Assembly (NCBI GenBank): GCA_013265495.1 | Contig: MU058045.1 | Span: 133,241 to 197,240, forward strand | Source of the DNA: Vicugna vicugna | Lineage: Eukaryota | Length of the DNA stretch: 64,000 bases | Direction: 5' to 3' | In this document: in pieces, positions 54,774 through 64,000 of the stretch | Layout: each line of letters opens with the position of its first letter | Numbering within the stretch: position 1 is the stretch's first letter | Notes under the pieces: model-generated | What the model was told of the DNA's origin: nothing | Databases searched by the model: none | The model's input: only the letters and a program-made list of their open reading frames with translations | Position numbers and translations under genes: made by a program

Positions 54774-55074
54774 CCTGTCCCTTGGGCCGCCCCCAGGAAC
54801 CAACGTGGGCAACGGATATAGGGGAAGGGCTAGAAAGGCAGTGCCTGGAGCAGGTATGCATGGAAAGACGACCACCGAGTCCAGACACCCAACGCCCTGG
54901 AAAAGGAATTTCCTGTCACCCGGGCCATCTCCGCGTGAGAAGCGAGTCGTGGACCCTTTAAGGCTCCATCTCCCTGACCTCCCCCACCCAGGACAGGCCG
55001 GGACACCCGGGACCTGACATTTGGCGTCTCCCAACGAGGGAGCTAAAAATAACCATGTAGGTTACTCCAGGCCA
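54774..55074 (+). promoter_or_regulatory. GLUT4 upstream enhancer (Domain I-like element, KLF CACCC, MEF2, DR4/LXRE-like)
   Basis: CCTGTCCCTTGGGCCGCCCCCAGGAACCAA 54774-54803; CTAAAAATAA 55043-55052; AGGTTA-CTCC-AGGCCA 55059-55074. Confidence 0.7.
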
Positions 55075-55709
55075 TTGCTCCGCACCCACCCCGCGCGCCT
55101 GCTCGCGCTCTGTCTTGGGCTGTCCAAGTTCTCTCCTGGACAAGTGTACCTGGCCCGTCCCCTCCTCTCGGACCCCGCCGTCCCAAGCCACCGCGCAGGG
55201 CTTTGAAGTCGCTCCTTCAGCCGCGAACTTTGGGCGGAGTCTTCACACTAAGGAGAACAGATTCCCGGGCTCCCAGGACCTTTCTCTCAAAACTTCCCGG
55301 CGGAAGGTTGGCGGGAACCCGAGGGGCGTGTCTCGCCGGGCACGCTGAGGGGCGTGGCCTCACTGGCCAACCCAACAGCTCTTGCCAAACTCTCAGACCC
55401 AAGCTCGGGGGGGAGTGGCCTTCTGGGGTGTGCGGGCTCCTGGCCAATGGGTGCTGTGAAAGGCGTGGCCCTGGGGGCTACGGGGGCTCTTCGGGTCTTT
55501 TGCCCCCAGCCCAGCTCGGCCAGAAACCCAGGAGCTGTTCTCTGGCTTATTGGGCTGTGACAGTGGGTCCCGCCGGGCCGGCCCTCCGCACATCGCTCCG
55601 GGACCCCCGTCACCCCCGCGCCCTCTGTCCGCCAGCCTGGGGCCGCAGACCCCCAGTCGCCTCCCTCTTGTCTACGGCAGCTCTTGGCGTCTCCAGCTCC
55701 TGAGACAAG

Positions 55710-58700
55710 ATGCCATCGGGCTTTCAACAGATCGGCTCCGAAGTAGGGTTTAGCATGTTGGGGCAGGACGGGGACACGGGTCCCGCTTTTCTCGGGCTGG
55801 GGTCGCGGTTGGGGTCAGCTAGGGGGCGGTCCTTGCTCAGGCGCAGGGGGTGGGGGTGGAGGACTGGCTATTTATACCAGGGCAGGACAACCCGTGACTG
55901 TCGGATTCCAATACCTCCAAGAGACAGAGTGGGTTTGGGGAACCATTCGGAGACACACGGGCCGTAGCTGGATTCTTCAAGTCCAGGGTTCGCCCGCTTC
56001 TCTAGTTTGCGGCGCGCTGAGCCAGGATCGGGAACACCCTGCCCTCCATCCAGCTTGAGAAAGCAGACCCCGGCAGGTCTTGCCCTCCAGAAGCTGTCGG
56101 TCTGTCCCGGATCGCCCGCAGTTTTTCGAGGACCGGAGGCTCTCCGTAGGCACCCCCACCCCCACTCCTGGCAGTCCTCCAGGACGCTGAACTTTCCCTC
56201 GGCCGCATGGTTGGTGGAGAGTTAGAGGGGAGTGTCAGCCCTCCCTCCCCCAGCTCAGGTTTCCATTTGGAGACAGTCTGTGCCGCCAGCGATCAGCCAC
56301 CACCGCCACCGCCCCTCACACCACCTTCCCGCCCCCATCCCCTGGGCAAGGCTCTCCCAGGCAAAAGCCGGCATGGCCCCCTGCCCTTCGTCGGAGCTTA
56401 GAGGGGGAAGGGAGGCCAGGGAGGAGACAGACAAGAACACAGGCCCGGAGGAATGACCGTGATGTCCTTTTGGGAATTGCCCTTCTTGAGCCTGTTGGGG
56501 GCTTCCAGGAGCCAGCAGAAAAGAGGAAAAGAGGACAGAGGCTGATGACGATAATGAATTTGTCACTTTATAAAACCAGCGTTGTTGGGGATGCCGTTAA
56601 CATTGTTAACATTTGATTTCGCTTTTCACACTTTCACTGACAGGTAGGCAAAGCAGGCAACATCACCCTTATCTATCTCCCCAGTCCAGAGTAGGGAAGT
56701 GACTTAGCCAAGGTCACACAAACCCAAACTCAGATCTCTTAAGGCCAAGCGTGTCCCAAGGTCACAGAGGAATTATGAGACTCAGGTCCTCAAACATTTC
56801 TCTGCCTGCGGGACTCACATCAGTTTCTCCTCCATGCCTTGGTACTCTCAGGTTCTTCCTGCTCTTGTTTACACTGAGATCTTCCAATGATTCCTAATAT
56901 GGCCCACTTTCCCTCACCCAACATGTTGGATGGAACCCAGAACCTTAAGGCTCCCACTGGGCCTGGGCCCCTGGAGGAAGGAAAGAAGCCATGGTTCCAT
57001 GTGACATGCCTCCTCTCTGCTTCCGCCTGCCCAGGATGGGGAGCCCCCTCAGCAGCGAGTCACTGGGACCCTGGTCCTCGCCGTGTTCTCTGCTGTGCTC
57101 GGCTCCTTGCAGTTTGGCTACAACATTGGGGTCATCAATGCCCCCCAGAAGGTGAGGGGGCTACCACCCGCAGAATGGGGGGGTGCCTGAACAAGGCAGG
57201 GGGTGTTGGGGGTGAGTAGGGAAGGAGGCGTTGGCAGGGAATCATCAGCGTGCTGTCTCCCCAGGTGATTGAACAGAGCTACAATGAGACGTGGCTGGGG
57301 AGGCAGGGGCCCGAGGGACCAGGCTCCATCCCCCCAGGCACCCTCACCACCCTCTGGGCTCTTTCCGTGGCCATCTTCTCTGTGGGCGGCATGATCTCCT
57401 CCTTCCTGATTGGTATCATCTCTCAGTGGCTGGGAAGGTATGGGGCTGGAGGGCAAGGGTGGGGGAATAGGAAGGGAGACAGCATGGGGGCCAAATTCTC
57501 ACAGCCCCACTCTGCCTGCCAGGAAGAGGGCGATGCTGGTCAACAACAGCCTGGCGGTGGTGGGGGGCGCCCTCATGGGCCTGGCCAACACGGCTGCCTC
57601 CTACGAGATGCTCATTCTTGGACGGTTCCTCATTGGCGCCTACTCAGGTACCCCGGGCGCTCTGGTCCTGCTCCATGCCTTGATCTCCCTCCCTCTCCCT
57701 GGGCTGGGGAATAGGAGTGGGCAGCTGCCCTTACAACCTCTCTCCTTCCCTCTGCCCAGGGCTGACATCAGGGCTGGTGCCCATGTACGTGGGGGAGATC
57801 GCCCCGACTCACCTTCGGGGCGCTTTGGGGACACTCAACCAACTGGCCATCGTTATTGGCATTCTGATCGCCCAGGTGACTAAACCTGGCCTCCTGGGGG
57901 GCTAGGCAGGGGGTTGGGATGGGGCTCTGTGGACAGGCTGAATGGCCTGCCCTCCCTCCCACGCTTCTCCCACAGGTGCTGGGCTTGGAGTCCATGCTGG
58001 GCACTGCCACTCTATGGCCAGTACTCCTGGGCATCACAGTGCTGCCTGCCCTCCTACAGCTGGTCCTGCTGCCCTTCTGCCCAGAAAGCCCCCGCTACCT
58101 GTACATCATCCGGAACCTGGAGGGACCCGCCAGAAAGAGTGAGCTTCCACGCCATCTTGCTAGCACCTGTCCTCCTCCTAGACCCTGCCTGCTCTCTCAG
58201 GCCTGACCCTCTTCACCTCCAGGTTTGAAGCGCCTAACAGGCTGGGCTGACGTGTCTGGAGCACTGGCAGAGCTGAAGGAGGAGAAACGGAAGCTGGAGC
58301 GTGAGCGGCCACTGTCCCTGCTCCAGCTCCTGGGCAGCCACACCCATCGGCAGCCCCTCGTCATTGCAATTGTGCTGCAGCTGAGCCAGCAGCTGTCAGG
58401 CATCAATGCAGTAAGTATGCAGCAGCCTCCAGGAAGGGCAAGGGTTAAGGAATGGCCCAAGAGGAGGGAGGAAGGGGGCAAGCCCCATCTGTTAAAATGC
58501 ATGGTCAGTTCAGCTTGGTGTGGTTGCCAGGGAGGAAGGGACAGCCCCACCATCTCCTTTTCTTCTCCCTTACATCTAGGTTTTCTATTATTCAACCAGC
58601 ATCTTCGAGACAGCAGGGGTAGGGCAACCAGCCTATGCCACCATAGGAGCCGGTGTGGTCAACACGGTCTTCACCTTGGTCTCGGTAACTGCTGGCCTCT

Positions 58701-60327
58701 GGAAGGGCTCCCACCACAGGCTTCACATCCCATCCACCCATCCCTCCCACTTCCTGAGCCCTGAAGGCCCCTCGTAAGCCCTGGCTCTCCCCACAGGTGT
58801 TCTTGGTGGAACGGGCTGGGCGCCGGACACTGCATCTCTTGGGCCTGGCAGGAATGTGTGGCTGTGCCATCCTGATGACTGTGGCTCTGCTTCTGCTGGT
58901 GAGACCTGGGGAGAGGGGAGGGGACAGCGGCCCAAACCGTGGGAACTGCCCCAAGAGGCTCTGTGGGCAGCCAGGGCCATTCCTCAACGTCCATACCTTC
59001 CACCCTGGGGTCAGCCGTGTGCCAGGACTATGGGTGTGTGCTCCCGGGGGACCCAGGCTGCACTTCCTCCTGCCCTGGGAGGAGGGTGGAGTGCAATCCT
59101 GGCAGCCAGGTAGGAGAGCCACTGTCTGGCCTCAGGAAAAGTAATTTCTAAACTCTCAGCTCTAGAACCGAGGGGGAATTGATAGCCCTAAGAGCAGAGA
59201 GACCGACCGTATGTTCCCTCAGCCCTGGATCAGCACAGGGTGGCCAGCTGAATGTCAAGTGCTCAAGGGCCTGTTCTAACCAAGGGGGACAGCACCCCCT
59301 CCCACCCCCCTGAGCAGCTGGGAGTGGTAGATGCCACTTTGCTGGGTTGAGGGAAAAGGAAGATCCAGAAAGATGTGACCTGAATTCTCCACCCTCCCTG
59401 CCTGGCTCCTAGGAGCGGGTTCCAGCCATGAACTATGTCTCCATCATGGCCATTTTTGGCTTTGTGGCCTTCTTTGAGGTTGGCCCTGGCCCTATCCCCT
59501 GGTTCATCGTGGCCGAGCTCTTCAGCCAGGGACCTCGCCCGGCAGCCATGGCTGTGGCTGGTTTCTCCAACTGGACATGCAACTTCATCATTGGCATGGG
59601 TTTCCAGTATGTTGCGGTAGGTCCCCTGCCCCCATCTCCCTGTCAGCCAGAAAAGGGCAATTTCATAGTTAGCCCAATTTCCAGCCAGTGTATCCCCCAC
59701 CTACAGACAGTCTAGGGGTCACTTTGGTGGATCATGTGGGTTCTGAAGACCAAGTACTCTGCCAGAAAGATCAAAGTAAAGAAGGGAGCTGAACTAGATT
59801 GGATAACAGGTGTCTTCAAAATAAAGTAGTGGCATAACTTAGACTAGAAATAAAATGATAACCTTCACATTAATACTGCAAAGGGCTGGGAAGCCACTCT
59901 GAGTGAAGTAACTCAGGATGTAGTGAGAGAGGACAACGCTAGGAGAATTGGGGTTCAGAGAATCCTTTTATCACTAAGTTCTCGTGGTAATTTCCCTCGC
60001 CCTGCAAAGGAGCCACCTGCGTTGTGCAGTATCCTAGCTCCCTGTGAAGGTCTTTAGTCCCTGGCTTGCCTGAGACCACCGGTTCCCTCCTCTCTGTCAA
60101 CACTTCTTTCTCCACTGTCCCAGGATGCTATGGGTCCCTATGTCTTCCTTCTATTTGCGGTCCTCCTGCTTGGCTTCTTCATCTTCACCTTCTTAAAAGT
60201 GCCTGAAACCCGAGGCCGGACGTTTGACCAGATCTCAGCCGCCTTCCGCCGGACACCCTCCCTTTTAGAGCAGGAGGTGAAACCCAGCACAGAACTTGAG
60301 TACTTAGGGCCAGATGAGAATGACTGA
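55710..60327 (+). CDS. SLC2A4: Insulin-responsive glucose transporter GLUT4 (509 aa, 11 exons)
   Basis: Exons 55710-55742, 57035-57151, 57265-57437, 57523-57647, 57760-57875, 57976-58138, 58223-58410, 58580-58684, 58797-58898, 59413-59616, 60124-60327 sum to 1530 nt; [26 protein letters not shown] and TELEY motifs. Confidence 0.98.
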
Positions 60328-62216
60328 GGGGCCAGGCTGGGGTGGGAGAGCCAGTTCTCTCGACCTGCCCAGAGACCCCCCCTCCTTTCCTCTGCAGCAC
60401 TTTAACCCTCTCTTCCCCATTACTTCCAGGGTGGAGAAAACCCCTGCAGCCTGGTGGAATGGGGAAGCTGGAGGGAAGGGTGGTCTGAGCACACCCTCAT
60501 TCCCCTCGTGTGACTCTTGGATTATTTATGTGTTGTGGTTAGGCTGTGGCCACGGGATGGCCCATTCTCCCCTCTCACCTTCTCCTTCCTCCATAGCCAC
60601 CCCCACCCCCGCCCAACCTCAGCTCCCAGATACTTCCGCCCCCTGCTGGAGGAGGGGGAGGGGAGGTGCTAGGACTGACTTTTTGGCCAGGGTGAACTGA
60701 AGCAGGACTGGAGAAGTCCAGTTCTTGCCACCTGGGACTCCTCCCACTCTGACACTTTCTCTGAATTCTTGCCACATAGGCTCTGGGTGACAAGGGGTCT
60801 GTCTTGACCTCTCCAGGGCAAAGGGTGCACCTCCCCACCCCGCCCCCACCCCAGGGTCTAACCTCATCTCCTTCACTGCAAGCTCAGTCCTCTCGCTCAG
60901 CCTTCCAGGGCGGGAGGGAACATGCGTTCACGCGTGGTCAGAGGAAGGGACAGCGGGCTCCCCTCTAGACTCAGGGCTCTGGGCCACACCCCAGCTGCTC
61001 CCCAAGGCTGCCAGGTGGGGGCCCCAGCTCTTTCCTCTTCTCCCGTCCTGGAAGAGTGTTGTACCCACAGGCTTTTGACCAACTAAGGGAAAGAGGGATT
61101 TGAAAGGCTGCCTGTGAACACGGGGCTGGGAGGAGCCTTCAGATATTTTTGTATATGTTTGAAAAAAGAGGGGGCAGGGAGAAGAAACCTAAAGTCTGTT
61201 GTACTAAATGTGTATATATAGAGATCCGTATATAAAGTCACTGTATGAGATGAGCGTCCTGTTGTGTGGAGGTACCCAAGATGGGACCATGGCCACCACC
61301 CCACACCCTGCCTCCTCTCCATCCTGCCTTAGTTCAAGGCTGCAGAATCCTCTGGGTGCTGTCACTCACGCCCCCACTGACAGTTTTAGTCACTGCTTTT
61401 ATTAATAGTCGTAAATGCTCAGTTAAGTTGTGGCCAGAAGTGCCAGACGCTGCTCTAGGCACTTCAGGAAACACTCAACTCTGCCAGGAGGTCATAGCCC
61501 ATTTCACAGATGGGAAAAGGGACTCACAGGGATGAAAGCATCTGTACAGAGCCACCCAGCTAGAAACGGGGAACAAGAGCTGGAGAGCAGGCCCTGCCCA
61601 CCGCCCCCCATCCTCCTCCCCCAACTTCTACAGCAAGTTACCAGCCAGGCTCCCTCAGGCTCCAAACAGAAAAAAGGCAGAGACCAAGACAACAGGAAAG
61701 CCTGTTTTTGTTTTTACTGGAGGCTCAGGTGGCACACGACAGTTCATAAAATGACTTCAGAGGTAGGGGGTAGCAGGGAAACAAAAAATAAACTGGGGTG
61801 AGAAAGAAAAACAACCAGAAGGAGGTAAGAGCTGGCTGGTTCCTTCTCAGCCTGATTTAGGGGAGGGAGTTGGTGCCTCTGAACAAGAAGGATCGATTCC
61901 CTTCCTTCAACCCTTGGTAAGGGAGAGAGGGGGAAAAAAAGGCTGTTGCTTTGGCCCTCCTGAGTCTCAAGGAAAAAGGGGAAAAGCTGGTGTTTCGATG
62001 TCATGAATTATGGGAAAGGGGGGAGGGAGGTGCTGGGTAAGATACAGGTCAGTTGGAAAAACTGGCAGATACACCTGAGAGGAAAAGAGATGGAAGAATC
62101 ACCACCAGCAACTTGTCATTCCCAGTCCCCCACCCTCTTGGTACCTGACATGGGCCTGTGCCTCCCACAGGCAGCCACTCACCAGATGGTGGCTCTGGGT
62201 GTCCTTTGAGTTGGAA

Positions 62217-63645
62217 TCACTCCAGTATGGTGGTTGGGGGGTCCCCAGTGTTGATGGGGGCTGAGGTCTAGAGAGAACAAGGTGGTGCACTGAGACCGTC
62301 TGGTTTTTTGGAGCTCTCAACATCAACTTTCTCCTCCCTTTGCTCTTCCCGTTCCTCCCCCAATTCACATCCAAGAGCTGGTGCTATGGCCCCAAGCAGA
62401 GCTGAGTGCGAGTCTGCAGAGGGTGACATAGGCTTGATTGCCTCTGTTGGAGTTTCCTGGTGGGTGGGGGTGCCTGCCAGGGGTGGGCCCAGCAGGACTA
62501 GCTTTTGGGAGCAGGGCCAGGAGAAGGGGCACAAAGAGTGGAAATGGAAGGGCAAAGAAGATAGAAGTGGGGCAGAAGGGAGAGGGAGAAGTTGGCCTTT
62601 TCCTTCCTTCTCCTCTGCTACTCACACCCTCTACCGACAGTCCAAGGTCCTTACTTCCGGGGCTGTGGGCTGCCTGGGTCCAGGGGGCTGCTGCCGTCTC
62701 CGCTGGAAGTAGGGGCGGTTTCGTGGGCGCTGGGGCTCAGGCCGGGAACCGTCAGTGGGGCCTTGGCTGGGCTTGGTCTCACCATCTCCACCTTCTGTGG
62801 TAGGCTGCTGGGGGGGCCTGGGGCGGAAAGGCCTGGAGAGAGAAGCGAAGACACTGAAGGGACAGGAGCCCAGTGTGGACTAAGTTCCTGCCTGCTAGGA
62901 CCCCCCAGCAGAGGTAGACTAGCCAGCCTCCCCATCCCCACCCCATCCCAGGGGCGCCTGCTTCCCCCTGGGCACCTAAGCAGTAATGGCTCAGATACCC
63001 AGCCCCCTCACCCTAGCTTCAGGCCCTTCCTGCTTCCCATCCTCCTGTCCCCATCCAGGCTGGCGAAGGGGAAGAGGCACCCAGGAGAGGCGGGCTTACC
63101 TTCGGTACCTGGGCCTGAATCTGGGTGGGGGGACCCGCTCATCTCCTTGCTGTTGGTCCCCCTCCAACGGAGCTGTCTCTTTGGGTTCTACCGCGTCAGT
63201 ACCCTGGGGACACAGAGGCCCAGGTGAGCCCAGGGGCACCACCAGTTCTTCCCAGCCCACCCTTCCACTTCCCCTGGGGACTCTGGTCTCCAGCCTCACC
63301 CACTCCCGCTCCTTTCCCAGGACTTGGGCAGCTGGTTCCCATGTTCCCAGTTCCCCTCACCTCGGTGGACTGCTGCTGGTTGGGGGGCCGAGGGCCTTGC
63401 ACAAAGCGCCGGCGGTAGAAGAAGGGCAATGGGCGGCGGCGTCTGGGCCGCTGCCCAGGGTCTTCAGCTCGCTCCCCTTTGCTGAATGGCTCTGTCCCGC
63501 CTGACAGAGCCTCTGCCACCATGGGTGGCGGGGCAGCTGGGCGGGGCCGGGGGATGAATTGGCGGAATCTACGTCGGTTGGGGGCAAAGCGGCTGCCCTT
63601 CACGGGCACACCTCCGGGCCCAGTCACATTAGCCGCTTCTGCACC
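62217..63645 (-). CDS. YBX2: Y-box binding protein 2 (MSY2/contrin), 3' exons only; gene continues beyond the right edge
   Basis: Exons 63361-63645 (GAEAANVTGPGGVPVKGSRFA...), 63100-63203, 62655-62832 and 62217-62267 (TSAPINTGDPPTTILE*); consistent phases; 3'UTR intron 62075-62182. Confidence 0.95.
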
Positions 63646-64000
63646 CTGGTTAGGAGGTGGAGAGGAACTGGTGAGAAGTTGCTCCAGTGACAGATGCACA
63701 ACATTCACAGTTTTGAGTCCTGGTCTTCCCGTCCTTCCAGCTAAAGGCCCCTCTCCAGCTTTCCCCAGCTCCTCTAACTTCTAGTTCTTTCCACCCTCCT
63801 GTAGGGGAACAGCAGTGGGTGTTCGGACCCTTCTAGGAGGGGCCACATCTGCCACTGGTCCTTTTGAAGCAGCTGCTTACTGGACCCTCTTAAGGTTTAG
63901 ACCGGAGGTAGGGGTAGAGGTGGAGAAAAAGGGCTGACTGGCAAGCCTCGCCCTCATGGAGGGCTGGCTCTGAGAGGAAACGGTGGTCCAGGGCCCTTGA

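Noticed and set aside
54217..54888. 223-aa minus-strand ORF upstream of SLC2A4
   Set aside because: Spans promoter and L2 remnant; no coding signature or known motif.

Overview
Mammalian genomic DNA syntenic with human 17p13.1. The tRNA-derived SINEs look camelid (alpaca/camel-like); this is an inference, not a database match. Gene order, left to right: 5' exons of DLG4/PSD-95 (-, alpha and beta N-termini; gene runs off the left edge), ACADVL (+, 20 exons, 655 aa) with miR-324 antisense in intron 11, DVL2 (-, 15 exons, 736 aa), PHF23 (-, 5 exons, 403 aa), GABARAP (-, 4 exons, 117 aa), CTDNEP1 (-, 8 exons, 244 aa), ELP5 (+, 8 exons, 311/295 aa), CLDN7 (-, 4 exons, 211 aa), a repeat-rich spacer (L2, MER20, L1, SINEs), SLC2A4/GLUT4 (+, 11 exons, 509 aa), and the 3' part of YBX2 (-). 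I assembled all exon sets by hand; they give intact reading frames. This is a well-known locus and I found no convincing novel protein-coding system. The most interesting candidates are regulatory or RNA-processing features: an RFX X-box/ZNF143 promoter-like cluster inside DLG4, a possible poison exon in DVL2, an in-frame alternative acceptor in ELP5, back-to-back and non-canonical poly(A) signals that may allow read-through, a degenerate 10/20-bp periodic array in DVL2 intron 1, two short tandem duplications and a CCA-ended tRNA-like retrocopy. Comparisons with human proteins and repeat consensus sequences are from memory.
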